DNA of 63,982 bases, filler included, from an uncultured bacterium (GCA_964506785.1; 7 parts of 7 records of this genome joined end to end with filler, not necessarily neighbours in it), one strand, 5' to 3'. Counted from the whole stretch's first letter, positions 21,001 through 31,254 are shown. Numbers and translations are program-made. Notes: a model not told the origin generated them from the sequence alone.

Positions 21001-21063
21001 AAACTTTTAGGCTACAAATATTACGACGAAGTAATCCATCGTAATAACCTGGTCATTCTTTAG
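21001..21063 (+). CDS. proB: Glutamate 5-kinase, extreme 3' fragment
   Basis: KLLGYKYYDEVIHRNNLVIL* matches the ProB PUA C-terminus (EVIHRDNLV); directly upstream of proA. Confidence 0.8.
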   Translation, partial: KLLGYKYYDEVIHRNNLVIL

Positions 21064-21098
21064 ATAGGAACTGATTGGGATTTGTTGATGAGGATAAT

Positions 21099-22349
21099 AT
21101 GGAAAAAACCATTAAAAGAATTGTTGAAGAGACAAAAAAGGCCAGCTTTGTTCTAAGCCATGCTTCCACAAAAAAGAAAAATGCCGCTTTGAATAAGATG
21201 GCAGGCCTTTTAGAAAGGAATGCCAAGCTTATAAAGACGGCCAACCAAAAAGACATCCGCTACGCCAAGGCTAAAAAGTTGGCCCCGGCTCTAATTGACC
21301 GTTTAGCCCTTAATGATAAAAGAATCAAGGCAATGACTGATGGCTTGCGAGAAGTGGCCGCCTTAAAAGATCCGGTCGGAGAAGTAATCAAAAAATGGCA
21401 GAGACCCAACGGATTAGAAATTACAAAGGTAAGGGTGCCTATTGGCGTAATCGGGGTAATCTATGAATCCCGCCCCAATGTTACCGCCGATATCGCCGGA
21501 CTATGCTTAAAGTCAGGGAATGCCGTTGTTCTCCGGGGGGGCTCGGAGGCAATAAATTCAAATTTAGCCATAGTAAATATATTAAGGCAGGCTTTCGATG
21601 AAGTTAGTTTACCTCAAGGTGTTTTGGGTTTTATTGAATTTACCCGGCATGAAGCGGTCAAAGTTTTGTTAAAATTGAATAAACTTATTGATTTGATTAT
21701 TCCCCGCGGAGGAGAAAGATTAATCCGTACGGTAATGGAGAATTCGGTCATTCCGGTAATTAAGCACGATAAGGGCGTTTGTCATACCTATATTGATAAA
21801 GAGGCTGATTTGAAGAAAGCCGAAGCCATCTCGTTTAATGCCAAGATGAATCGTCCGGGGACCTGCAATGCCATGGAGACTTTATTGGTGCATCAGGATA
21901 TCGCTGAACGTTTTCTCCCCCAGATGCTTACAAAATTTAAGGATGCCAAGGTGGAAATAAGGGGTTGCGCCAAAACCCAAAATATTTTCCCGGCGGTTAA
22001 ACCGGCAAGCGAAGATGATTGGCATGCGGAATACCTGGATTTAATCCTGGCGGTAAAGGTGGTCAAGAATTTAAACGAGGCCGTTTCCCATATTAATACA
22101 TATGGCTCCCGGCATTCCGAGGCAATAATTACTGAAAACGAAGAAAGGGCTGAATTTTTTTTAGAGAGAATTGATTCGGCCTGTCTTTATGTTAATGCCT
22201 CTACTCGTTTTACCGACGGCAACCAATTTGGTCTGGGGGCGGAAATCGGCATCAGCACCTCTAAAATCCATGCCCGCGGTCCCATGGGACTGGAAGAATT
22301 AACCAGCTATAAATACCTCATCCGGGGAGATGGTCAGGTTAGGGAGTAG
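21099..22349 (+). CDS. proA: Gamma-glutamyl phosphate reductase
   Basis: IYESRPNVT, LRGGSEA, IPRGG, CNAMETLL, NASTRFTDG, HARGPMGL; GAGG RBS before ATG 21099. Confidence 0.97.
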   Translation: MEKTIKRIVEETKKASFVLSHASTKKKNAALNKMAGLLERNAKLIKTANQKDIRYAKAKKLAPALIDRLALNDKRIKAMTDGLREVAALKDPVGEVIKKWQRPNGLEITKVRVPIGVIGVIYESRPNVTADIAGLCLKSGNAVVLRGGSEAINSNLAIVNILRQAFDEVSLPQGVLGFIEFTRHEAVKVLLKLNKLIDLIIPRGGERLIRTVMENSVIPVIKHDKGVCHTYIDKEADLKKAEAISFNAKMNRPGTCNAMETLLVHQDIAERFLPQMLTKFKDAKVEIRGCAKTQNIFPAVKPASEDDWHAEYLDLILAVKVVKNLNEAVSHINTYGSRHSEAIITENEERAEFFLERIDSACLYVNASTRFTDGNQFGLGAEIGISTSKIHARGPMGLEELTSYKYLIRGDGQVRE

Positions 22350-22363
22350 TTTTTGAATTCGTT

Positions 22364-22957
22364 GTGAAAAAAAAATATTCAATCGGCATATTTGGCGGGA
22401 CATTCAATCCCATTCATAATGTTCATCTCAAAATGGCTAAGCGCGCCCAAAAAAAATTAGGCCTTGAAAAAATTATCTTTGTGCCGTCCGCCCGCCCGCC
22501 GCATAAGAAGATCAAAGGGAAAGTCTCTCCTTACCAGCGCTACCAAATGACCTGCCTGGCTTTGAAACCATTCCCCGGTTTTTTTTGTTCTTCTAAAGAG
22601 TTAAAGCACCCGGGTAAATCTTATTCGGTTGAAACCGTAGAAAGTTTTCAAAAAAGATTTGGCCGAAAAGCCCGGTTTTTTTTTATTATCGGCTCGGATT
22701 CTCTGGCGGAATTATTCACCTGGAAAAAAATTGATAAACTTCTTGGTCTCTGTAAATTTGTTGTTTTCCGGCGTCCAAAATTCCCGCTTAAGCTTAAAAA
22801 CAGGTATCTTAAGGATAGGGTAAGGGTTATCTCGATGCCTCCGCAAGAAGTTTCCTCGACAGAAATCAGAAAAAGGATAAAGGAAGGCAGAAGTATTTCA
22901 CGGTTAGTCCCCCGGGATGTTGCCCGATTTATTCAACAAAGAAAACTTTACCGATAG
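22364..22957 (+). CDS. nadD: Nicotinate-nucleotide adenylyltransferase
   Basis: GGTFNPIH..H, PPHK, IIGSDS, SSTEIR. Confidence 0.95.
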   Translation: MKKKYSIGIFGGTFNPIHNVHLKMAKRAQKKLGLEKIIFVPSARPPHKKIKGKVSPYQRYQMTCLALKPFPGFFCSSKELKHPGKSYSVETVESFQKRFGRKARFFFIIGSDSLAELFTWKKIDKLLGLCKFVVFRRPKFPLKLKNRYLKDRVRVISMPPQEVSSTEIRKRIKEGRSISRLVPRDVARFIQQRKLYR

Positions 22958-22973
22958 GACTTCGAAAATTTTA

Positions 22974-23321
22974 TTGAAATCGAAAGATAAAGCTCTTAGA
23001 ATAGCCGAATTTGCCGCTCAGAAAAAGGCCCAAAGAATTGTTATCCTGGGAATGAAACGCCTGACGGCCATAACCGATTATTTCGTCATTTGCAGCGGCA
23101 CATCATCTGTCCATCTTGAAGCGATTGCTGACGGAATAATGGAAGGATTAGCCAAGGAAAAAATAAAGCCTTTGGGCGTTGAAGGTTCTAAATTTTTAAG
23201 CTGGGTACTTTTAGATTATGGAGAGGTGATTATCCACATTTTTCGCCAGGATGCCCGAGAATTTTATCGGTTGGAAAGTCTTTGGGGCGATGCCAAAAGA
23301 ATCAGGCGAAAACGAAAGTGA
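22974..23321 (+). CDS. rsfS: Ribosome silencing factor
   Basis: DYFVICSG, WVLLDYG, REFYRLESLWGD; start chosen at TTG 22974. Confidence 0.93.
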   Translation: MKSKDKALRIAEFAAQKKAQRIVILGMKRLTAITDYFVICSGTSSVHLEAIADGIMEGLAKEKIKPLGVEGSKFLSWVLLDYGEVIIHIFRQDAREFYRLESLWGDAKRIRRKRK

Positions 23322-24994
23322 GTAAGGTGAGACAGGTTAAAAAAGAAATAAAAATCTTAGTTGAAGAGGCGGTTAAATCGTCTCTGCGGAGTAAAAAGAT
23401 TAAATTAAAGAAAGTTCCAGAGGTTTCTGTCGAAAGGAGCAAAGAAGAAAAATTTGGCGATTATTCTACCAATATCGCCCTTTTATTGGGGAAAGAGCTA
23501 AATATACCTCCTCAGGAAATAGGCGGATTAATTTCGCGCTTTTTAGGAGAAAAGGAGATTTTTTCCAGGATTGAAATTGTTCCCCCGGGATTTATCAATC
23601 TTTTCTTGGGCAGCAAAAGGCTTTATCGAATATTAGCCTTGATTTTAGAAAAAGAAACCCAATTCGGCCGGTTTGACGATAAAGGCAAAAAGGTGCAGAT
23701 TGAATTTGTCAGTGCCAACCCTACCGGCCCTTTACATGTCGGGCACGGACGGGGAGCGGCCATAGGCGACTCTATTGCCAATCTTTTAGATGCTTATGGC
23801 TATCGGGTCTCTCGCGAATATTATATCAATGATAGAGGTAACCAGATTGATACTTTAGGAATATCGGTTAAATGGCGTTATTTAGCGCTTTTAGGAGAGA
23901 AAGTTCATTTTCCTGAGGAATGGAATGGTGCGCAAACTTATCAGGGGGATTATATTAAAGATATTGCTGGACTCATCAAGGAAAAGCACGGTGCTAAGTG
24001 GAAAGAGAAGGATATCTCCTTTTTTAGTCAACTGGCTATGGAAGAGATAACTACGGGAATCAAAAATGATCTTAAGGCTTTTGGTGTAAATTTTGATACT
24101 TGGTTCAAAGAAAGCGAGCTTTACAAAAAAAGGGAACCGGAGAGAATAAAGAAAGTCCTGGAGAAAAAAGGCTGCTTGGAAGAGAAGGATGGGGCAGTCT
24201 GGTTTAAATCGAAACTATTTGGCGATACCAAGAATCGGGTTATCATCCGGCAAAACAAAACCCCGACTTATCTTGCCTCCGATATTGCCTATCACGCCCA
24301 GAAATTCAAACATTTTAATGAAGTGATTAATGTTTGGGGGGCGGATCACCACGGCTATATCCCGCGGATGAAAGCGGCCGTCGAAGCTTTGGGGTATCAG
24401 CCGGATAATTTAAAAATTGTTCTGGTACAACTGGTCAAGCTTACCCGTTCGGGAAGACAGGTTTCCATGTCGACCCGCCAGGGAGAGTTTGTTACCCTTA
24501 AAGAGGTTCTTTCTGAGGTCGGGAAAGATGCCGCCCGGTTTATTTTTATGACCCGGCGCAGCGACGCCCAGCTTGATTTTGATTTAGAATTAGCCAAAAA
24601 AAAGTCGCTTGACAATCCCGTTTATTACGTTCAATATGCCCATGCCCGTCTCTGTAATATTCTCCAATTTGCCGAAGAGAAACAAATCGTTTTAAAAAAG
24701 ACAAATGAGGCAAAATTAAGCCTGCTTAAAGAAAAGGAAGAACTTCATCTAATTAAACTATTAGCTGGCTTTCCGGATATTGTCGAGTTGAGTGCCTGCT
24801 CGCTAGAGCCGCACCGCCTGACTAATTATCTCAGAGAGGTTGCCCGGTCATTTCATAGTTTCTACAGTATCCATCGGGTGATTACCGACGACTTGGATTT
24901 AAGCTTGGCGAGGCTCGCTTTAATAAAGGCGGTTAAAATTATCGTTAAAAGTGCTTTAGGCCTTTTGGGGGTAGATGCCCCGGAGAAGATGTGA
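23318..24994 (+). CDS. argS: Arginine--tRNA ligase
   Basis: EFVSANPTGPLHVGH, GADHHGY, MSTRQG, YVQYAHAR, APEKM. Confidence 0.97.
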   Translation: MSKVRQVKKEIKILVEEAVKSSLRSKKIKLKKVPEVSVERSKEEKFGDYSTNIALLLGKELNIPPQEIGGLISRFLGEKEIFSRIEIVPPGFINLFLGSKRLYRILALILEKETQFGRFDDKGKKVQIEFVSANPTGPLHVGHGRGAAIGDSIANLLDAYGYRVSREYYINDRGNQIDTLGISVKWRYLALLGEKVHFPEEWNGAQTYQGDYIKDIAGLIKEKHGAKWKEKDISFFSQLAMEEITTGIKNDLKAFGVNFDTWFKESELYKKREPERIKKVLEKKGCLEEKDGAVWFKSKLFGDTKNRVIIRQNKTPTYLASDIAYHAQKFKHFNEVINVWGADHHGYIPRMKAAVEALGYQPDNLKIVLVQLVKLTRSGRQVSMSTRQGEFVTLKEVLSEVGKDAARFIFMTRRSDAQLDFDLELAKKKSLDNPVYYVQYAHARLCNILQFAEEKQIVLKKTNEAKLSLLKEKEELHLIKLLAGFPDIVELSACSLEPHRLTNYLREVARSFHSFYSIHRVITDDLDLSLARLALIKAVKIIVKSALGLLGVDAPEKM

Positions 24995-26394
24995 CTATGA
25001 ATGAAAAAGATTTTGATTTAGCCGTTTTAGGGGCCGGTCCGGGTGGATATGCCGCCGCTATCAGGGGCGCCCAGCTTGGTAAAAAAGTTGCCCTTATCGA
25101 AAAAGAGGAAATAGGCGGTGTCTGTCTGAATAAAGGCTGCATTCCCACCAAAACCTTTTTAGAATATGTCGAAACTTTAGAAAACCTGGAGAAAAACGAA
25201 AACTGGGGTATAGATTTAGAGGTGAAAGGAGTAAATTTCCAGAAATTTATTGAGAGGTGCGATAAAACCGTCGGTATTTTAGTCGGCGGACTGAATAAAA
25301 TTATTCTTTCATACGGAATCGAGTTGTATCGGGGCGAGGGTTCTTTTATTGATAGAAATCGGCTTGAGGTCAAAGAGAGTAAAACAGAGAAAACACATCG
25401 ATTGAAGGCGTCAAAGATAATTATCGCCAGCGGTTCCCGGCCGAAACGATTTGCTCCCTTTGATATAGACGACAAAAATATTATTACCAGTGACGGAGCC
25501 TTGGATTTAAAGGAAATCCCGAAGGATATCGTAATTATCGGCGGAGGCGTAATTGGCTGTGAGTTTGCTTCCATCTTTTCTGGCTTGGGTTCCAAGGTTA
25601 TTTTGGTGGAGCTTGAAAAGAGCCTGCTGCCTCAAGAAGATAGAGAAATTTCCAATCGCCTGGCCGCGATTTTCAAGCGGCGCAATATAGAAATTAATCT
25701 TGGCACTACGGTCGAGGGAATCGATACAAGGAAAGGCAGTTTATCCCTTGCGCTTTCTAACGGTAACGTTTTAACTGGGGAAAAAGTTCTCGTTTCCCTT
25801 GGCCGTTTCCCCAATTTTCAAATAAAAGGCTTAGAAAAGATTGATTTGGAATTAGGTCAAGGGACAATAAAAGTTGATAGCCGGATGGAAACAAGCCTGA
25901 AGGGGATTTATGCCGTTGGTGATGTTCTGGGAGGGCCATTCTTAGCCCATCTGGCTTATCATCAGGGGATAATAGCTTCCGAAAATGCATTTGGTCTGGA
26001 TGTTGAAATTGATAGAGATACCTTACCCGATTGTATCTATACCTCACCGGAAATTGGACGGGTCGGTTTGACCGAAGAAGAGGCCGTTAAACGGGGCATG
26101 AAGATTAAAGTGGGCCGTTATCCTTTTGCCGCTTTGAGCCGTGCCGTTATTGCCAATGAGCGTCAGGGGCTGTTTAAAATTATCAGCCGCGAAGAGAATG
26201 ACAGAATTATCGGCATTCACATTTTAGGAAAAAGAGCCACCGATTTAATTGGCGAAGCCGTCCTGGCGCTGAAATCAGGGATGACGGCTAAAGACTTGGC
26301 TGGGGTCATTCATGCCCATCCTACTTTTTATGAAGGTCTCGGTAGTGCGGCTGAAGATGTAAATCACCAGGCGATTCATTTAAGAAAAAAGTAG
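24991..26394 (+). CDS. lpdA: Dihydrolipoyl dehydrogenase
   Basis: GAGPGGY, GGVCLNKGCIPTK redox disulfide, GGGVIGCE, HAHPTFYE. Confidence 0.94.
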   Translation: MTMNEKDFDLAVLGAGPGGYAAAIRGAQLGKKVALIEKEEIGGVCLNKGCIPTKTFLEYVETLENLEKNENWGIDLEVKGVNFQKFIERCDKTVGILVGGLNKIILSYGIELYRGEGSFIDRNRLEVKESKTEKTHRLKASKIIIASGSRPKRFAPFDIDDKNIITSDGALDLKEIPKDIVIIGGGVIGCEFASIFSGLGSKVILVELEKSLLPQEDREISNRLAAIFKRRNIEINLGTTVEGIDTRKGSLSLALSNGNVLTGEKVLVSLGRFPNFQIKGLEKIDLELGQGTIKVDSRMETSLKGIYAVGDVLGGPFLAHLAYHQGIIASENAFGLDVEIDRDTLPDCIYTSPEIGRVGLTEEEAVKRGMKIKVGRYPFAALSRAVIANERQGLFKIISREENDRIIGIHILGKRATDLIGEAVLALKSGMTAKDLAGVIHAHPTFYEGLGSAAEDVNHQAIHLRKK

Positions 26395-26430
26395 ATTTTT
26401 AAAAAAAATCATTATACAATTAAAAGGCTG

Positions 26431-26691
26431 ATGCGGGTAGAAATAAAATTAGAGACAATGGGGTATGGGCTGGTTGAGGCTGTTCTCCTTTACTGGGTGG
26501 TTGATATCGGTGACTTGGTTAATCCGGAACAGCCGATACTGGAATTATCTTGTGATAAGGAGATTTTTAGTCTTTTTTCCCCGGCTGAGGGGATTATTCA
26601 GGAGACCTTTTTTCGGGCCGGTGAAACAGTTGCTATTGGAGATGTGCTCGGTATTATAGAAACCGATTTAAAATCATTCAAACCCTTATAA
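26431..26691 (+). CDS. Stand-alone lipoyl/biotinyl attachment domain protein
   Basis: E2-type lipoyl pattern W.V..GD.V....I.ELSCDK...SPAEG.I.....GETV..GDVL. Confidence 0.8.
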   Translation: MRVEIKLETMGYGLVEAVLLYWVVDIGDLVNPEQPILELSCDKEIFSLFSPAEGIIQETFFRAGETVAIGDVLGIIETDLKSFKPL

Positions 26692-26701
26692 AACGCAAAA
26701 A

Positions 26702-27904
26702 ATGGTTAAATTATCACAAAGGATCGGCCGTATAAATCCTTCTCTTACCCTGGCGATTACCGCCAAGGCCAAGGAGATGCAGCGCCAGGGTTTAAAGATA
26801 GTCGGTTTAGCCGCCGGAGAACCTGATTTTGATACGCCGCAATACATTAAGGAAGCGGCTATTAAGGCTTTAGGCGAGGGATTCACCAAGTATACCCCCG
26901 CTTCAGGCATCATTGAATTAAAAGAGGCCATTGTGCGCAAATTAAAAGAGGATAATGCTTTAGAATATCGGACGGATGAAATTATTGTTTCCTGTGGTGC
27001 CAAACACGCGCTATATAATATTATGCAGACGCTATGTGATGAGGGGGATGAGGTAGTTATTCCCGCTCCATACTGGGTAACTTACCCGGAACAGGTTAAG
27101 TTAGCTGGCGGTATCCCGGTGGTAATACCGACCTTGGAAGAAAGAAATTTTAAATTATCGGCCAATCTTCTTAGAAGGGTTATAACCGAACGGGCCAGGA
27201 TTATAATTTTAAATTCACCCTCTAATCCAACCGGCGCGATTTATAGCAAAGATGAACTTGAAGAATTAAAAGAAGTTTGCCTGGAATATAACCTTTGGGT
27301 TATTTCCGACGAAATATATGAAAAAATTATTTATGACGGAAAGAAACATTCAAGCATTGCTTCTTTGGGAAAAGAGATAAAGAGAAAAACGCTCTTGGTT
27401 AATGGCTTATCGAAAACTTATGCGATGACTGGCTGGCGGATAGGATATACCGCTGGCCCCCGGGAAATCATCCGCGCTATGGGCAATCTTCAAAGTCAAA
27501 GCACTTCTAATCCGACTTCTTTTGTTCAGAAAGCCGCCTTAGCGGCGCTTACCGATTCTCGAAGAGAAAGTGTAATTGCTGAAATGCTAAAAAAATTCCA
27601 AGAGAGGCGGGATTTTTTAACCATGGAGCTGAGTAAATGGGAAAAGGTTCGTTTTCTCAATCCGGACGGCGCTTTCTATTTATTTCTTGATATTTCTGAA
27701 TATTTTGGTTGCTCCTTCAAGGGAAAAACGATTAAAACATCTGTTCAATTCAGCGATTTTCTGCTGGAAGAAGGCAAAGTAGCCGTTATTCCGGGTTCAG
27801 CTTTTGGCAAAGACGAATATATTCGCATTTCCTTTGCTAATTCGATTGAGAATATTGCTGAGGGTTTGAAAAGAATCAAAAAATTTCTCGAATCGTTGTC
27901 GTAA
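26702..27904 (+). CDS. Class I PLP-dependent (aspartate-type) aminotransferase
   Basis: GEPDFDTP, NSPSNPTG, SDEIY, SKTYAMTGWRIG. Confidence 0.93.
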   Translation: MVKLSQRIGRINPSLTLAITAKAKEMQRQGLKIVGLAAGEPDFDTPQYIKEAAIKALGEGFTKYTPASGIIELKEAIVRKLKEDNALEYRTDEIIVSCGAKHALYNIMQTLCDEGDEVVIPAPYWVTYPEQVKLAGGIPVVIPTLEERNFKLSANLLRRVITERARIIILNSPSNPTGAIYSKDELEELKEVCLEYNLWVISDEIYEKIIYDGKKHSSIASLGKEIKRKTLLVNGLSKTYAMTGWRIGYTAGPREIIRAMGNLQSQSTSNPTSFVQKAALAALTDSRRESVIAEMLKKFQERRDFLTMELSKWEKVRFLNPDGAFYLFLDISEYFGCSFKGKTIKTSVQFSDFLLEEGKVAVIPGSAFGKDEYIRISFANSIENIAEGLKRIKKFLESLS

Positions 27905-28015
27905 AAACCTGTAGGACTATATAGTTACCCTGTTAGAGCTGTCTGGCTGCCAGGGTATTTTTTCTTGATAAGATTTCGCCTTTATGATATAAATATAGGC
28001 TAAAGGGGACGGAAA

Positions 28016-29134
28016 GTGTCTATTCGAAGGATGCTTTTTTTGTATATTTCGGTTGGTTCGGGACATCAACAAGCGGCTGACGCTATTGTCAAAGCCATTA
28101 ATCAGTTGAATCCGCAGATTCAAACCCTTAGCGTTAATTCTTTTAATTACATTAGCCCTTTGCTTGAGAAAATCGTCAACAGCATCTATATGGCGATTAT
28201 TAAAGCTACACCCGAGGTTTGGGATTATCTCTATGATAATCCTAAAATTGTCGGCAAAACCGCTGAGGTGCGTAAATTTATTAATAAAATAAATTCACCT
28301 GGGTTGATTAGGTTAGTAGAGGAGTTCAACCCTGATGTAATTGTTTGTACCCAGGCGTTTCCATCCGGTATTATTTCTGCCTATAAAGAGAAGACAAATT
28401 CCGACATATCCTTGGTAGCTGTTCCTACCGATTATATTGTTCATTCCTATTGGGTTTCCAATAAGATTGATCTTTATATTGTCCCTTCAGAAGATACTAA
28501 AAATATTCTAACCCATAGCATCATTCCGGAGGAAAAGATATTACCTTATGGTATTCCGATTAATCCGCTTTTTAGATTGAAGCATGATAAAGCTAAAATT
28601 TTTCGGGAGCTCAATTTAAATCCGGACTTACCGGTTCTATTAGTTATGGGAGGGAGCCAGGGATTAGGCCGTCTTTATAAAATAACGATGCATTTAGAGA
28701 AGATAGATGTTCCTTTTCAGATTATTATTGTTACCGGAACAAATGGATTTTTAAGGGAAAGACTGGAACGGAGGCAGCCGCATTTCCGAAAGGTTACCAA
28801 AATATTTGGCTACGTTACGAATATATACGAACTTATGGAAATATCAACCTTGATTATCACCAAGGCGGGAGGATTAACTGTGGCTGAATCTTTGGCTAAA
28901 GGGGTGCCGCTCGTGATTATTAATCCGATACCGGGACAGGAAGAGAAAAACACTCAATTTCTTCTCCGTGAAGGAGTGGCTTTACGGGCAGAAAACGCCA
29001 AGCACCTTAATTCCCTCATTAAGGATTTATTTAGCCATCCGGAAAAAATTAAAGAAATGCGCCAGAAAGCAACTGTTTTGGGAAAACCCAATGCGGCAAT
29101 AAATATTGCCAACCTTTTAATTAATTTAAAGTAA
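28016..29134 (+). CDS. MGDG synthase/UgtP-like diacylglycerol glycosyltransferase (GT28)
   Basis: GSGH, VPTDY..H..W, GIPI, MGGSQG, TKAGGLT..E, PIPGQEEKN. Confidence 0.88.
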   Translation: MSIRRMLFLYISVGSGHQQAADAIVKAINQLNPQIQTLSVNSFNYISPLLEKIVNSIYMAIIKATPEVWDYLYDNPKIVGKTAEVRKFINKINSPGLIRLVEEFNPDVIVCTQAFPSGIISAYKEKTNSDISLVAVPTDYIVHSYWVSNKIDLYIVPSEDTKNILTHSIIPEEKILPYGIPINPLFRLKHDKAKIFRELNLNPDLPVLLVMGGSQGLGRLYKITMHLEKIDVPFQIIIVTGTNGFLRERLERRQPHFRKVTKIFGYVTNIYELMEISTLIITKAGGLTVAESLAKGVPLVIINPIPGQEEKNTQFLLREGVALRAENAKHLNSLIKDLFSHPEKIKEMRQKATVLGKPNAAINIANLLINLK

Positions 29135-30009
29135 TGGGAGCTTTTTTTTACAAACTTGCCGCATTTTTAGTCAACCGGCTTCCCTTAAAGTTAAGCTACT
29201 GGCTAGCCGAATGTTTAGGGGGGTTCTATTATCTTTTTGCTCTATCTAGCCGTCGGATAGTAAGAAATAATTTATTACATCTTTTTAACGGCAATATTGG
29301 CCGGGATGAACTGCGTTTTTATATTAAGCGGACCTTCCGGGAATTTAGCAAGTATTTAGTCGAACTTTTCTTTTTCCCGTCTTTAAATAAAGAAAATATC
29401 GACCGGTTTATTTCTATCGAAAACTTGCATTACGTTGATGAACTTCTCAAATTCGGCAAAGGTATTATTGTTCTGGCAGCCCATTTTGGCAACTGGGAAA
29501 TGGGCGGTATAACCATGGGGCTCAAAGGTTATCCGATGAACGCCCTTGTCTTAGACCACCGGAATAAATCGGTAAATAACTTCTTTGTAAACCGGCGGGA
29601 AAGTAAGGGTGAAAGGAACATTCCTTTAGGGTTCGCTATCCGGCGGTGTTTTGAAGCCCTGCGGCAAAATGAAATTTTAGCCGTCCTGGGTGACCGGGAA
29701 TTCAACCGTTTGAAAAAGGGCATAAAGATAAATTTTTGCGGCCGGGAAACCCGTCCGTGTATTCCTAAGGGAGCCGCCAAACTGGCCATTAAAACCGGCG
29801 CCAAAATTATCCCTGCATTTGTCGTTAGAGAAAAAAATAACCGTTTGAGGCTTGTCTTTAAAGAGCCGTTAGAAGTAAATTATAATGGAAATGAAGAAGA
29901 AGATGTTCGGCGGATTATGGAAGATTTTTTTGCAATTTTTGAAAAAATGCTTAAAAAAAATCCGGCGCAGTGGTTTATATTCCACCCCTTATGGGAAGAG
30001 ATCGATTAA
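29134..30009 (+). CDS. Lysophospholipid/lipid A-type (LpxL/PatA family) acyltransferase
   Basis: AHFGNWE motif, LGDR, PAQWF. Confidence 0.85.
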   Translation: MGAFFYKLAAFLVNRLPLKLSYWLAECLGGFYYLFALSSRRIVRNNLLHLFNGNIGRDELRFYIKRTFREFSKYLVELFFFPSLNKENIDRFISIENLHYVDELLKFGKGIIVLAAHFGNWEMGGITMGLKGYPMNALVLDHRNKSVNNFFVNRRESKGERNIPLGFAIRRCFEALRQNEILAVLGDREFNRLKKGIKINFCGRETRPCIPKGAAKLAIKTGAKIIPAFVVREKNNRLRLVFKEPLEVNYNGNEEEDVRRIMEDFFAIFEKMLKKNPAQWFIFHPLWEEID

Positions 30010-30681
30010 ATGGAAAATGTCTGTGCTTTAATACCTGCCTATAATGAAGAAAAAAACCTTGGCAGTTTGGTCCGCGGTTTACGGTCCAGGATAAAAAACG
30101 TTGTTGTCGTTGACGATGGTTCAACAGACGATACTGCCCGGATTGCTAAAGAAGCAGGCGCCCGTGTATTATCTCAAAGCCGCTGCCGGGGAAAGGGCGC
30201 GGCTCTAAAAATTGGTTATGATTATTGTTTGGCGGAGAATTTTGAGGCTGTTTTGAATGTTGACGGCGACGGACAACACGATTGGCGTGAAGCAGACAAG
30301 TTTTTGGGAATGGGCAGGCAAACAAATGCGGGGATTATTATTGGCAACCGAATGGACGAGGTCGAAAATATGCCCTGGATAAGACTGGTAACGAACCGGC
30401 TCACTTCAAAAATTATATCGTTTTTGGTCAAGCAGAAGGTAGCCGACAGCCAGTGTGGTTATCGGTTGATAAAAAAAGAGGTTTTAGAGAAAGTAAAACT
30501 TTCTACGGCTCATTTCGACACCGAGTCGGAGTTGTTAATTAAAGCCGGGCGCTTGAGATTTAAAATTATCTCTGTGCCGATTGAAACGATTTATCGCGAT
30601 GAAAAAAGTAAGATTAATCGAATACTTGATACGGCTAGATTTATCAGGCTCATATGGAGAAGTCTCTGGTGGGTCGCATGA
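30010..30681 (+). CDS. Glycosyltransferase family 2 (DPM/DPG synthase-like)
   Basis: IPAYNEE, VDDGSTD, GKGAAL, DGDGQH, DSQCGYR. Confidence 0.92.
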   Translation: MENVCALIPAYNEEKNLGSLVRGLRSRIKNVVVVDDGSTDDTARIAKEAGARVLSQSRCRGKGAALKIGYDYCLAENFEAVLNVDGDGQHDWREADKFLGMGRQTNAGIIIGNRMDEVENMPWIRLVTNRLTSKIISFLVKQKVADSQCGYRLIKKEVLEKVKLSTAHFDTESELLIKAGRLRFKIISVPIETIYRDEKSKINRILDTARFIRLIWRSLWWVA

Positions 30682-30789
30682 AACGTCAAATTAAGAAAGC
30701 CGGCTCAATTTACGGAAGTGTTTTCCTTGTTCTTTTTTAACTGACCCGGTCTCAATGGGCTTAATGATTCGATTGCTTACGGAGAAATA

Positions 30790-30889
30790 NNNNNNNNNNN
30801 NNNNNNNNNNNNNNNNNNNNNNNNNNNNNNNNNTTAATTAATTAANNNNNNNNNNNNNNNNNNNNNNNNNNNNNNNNNNNNNNNNNNNN
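30790..30889. other. Artificial contig linker
   Basis: N-TTAATTAATTAA-N. Confidence 0.98.
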
Positions 30890-31174
30890 CTTTCTTAAAG
30901 CAGCCAAATTCTGAGATTTTATTCCCCCGGGATATCCGGAATGGCGATAATAATTCTTCGCCTCTTCTTTGTTTCCAGTCACCTTTATTTTTTCCGCATT
31001 TATTACCACGACAAAATCTCCCGTATCCAGATGAGGAGTAAACATAGGTTTATCTTTGCCGCGTAAAATCTGGGCAACCCTCACCGCTAACCGGCCCAAA
31101 ATTAAACTTTCGGCATCAAATAGGTACCACTTCCGCTTGACTTCAGTTTTTTTAGGAATATAGGTCGTTTCCAT
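30890..31174 (-). CDS. rplM: 50S ribosomal protein L13, 3'-truncated
   Basis: RKWYLFDA...[31 protein letters not shown]...HSGYPGG. Confidence 0.97.
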
Positions 31175-31209
31175 AGCGTATTTTTTCCCGTACATAATTA
31201 AGAGTTGAA

Positions 31210-31238
31210 ACTATACCAAAATTTGCAGCAATTGTCAA
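31210..31238 (-). promoter_or_regulatory. Sigma70 promoter of rplM
   Basis: TTGACA-17 nt-TATAGT with extended -10 TG, about 35 nt upstream of the start. Confidence 0.75.
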
Positions 31239-31254
31239 GGAGTTTTATTCTGTT

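Noticed and set aside
20996-21003. In-frame TAA before the proB tail
   Set aside because: It falls in an A-run in the first bases of a contig; probably an edge or homopolymer error
24945-25595. 216-aa antisense ORF and the many other shadow ORFs in the track
   Set aside because: They overlap well-supported genes on the opposite strand or in another frame and have no motifs
30678-30789. Short ORFs after the GT2 gene on either strand
   Set aside because: A 20-aa plus-strand ORF or a 32-aa minus-strand tail with no recognisable family, cut by the contig end
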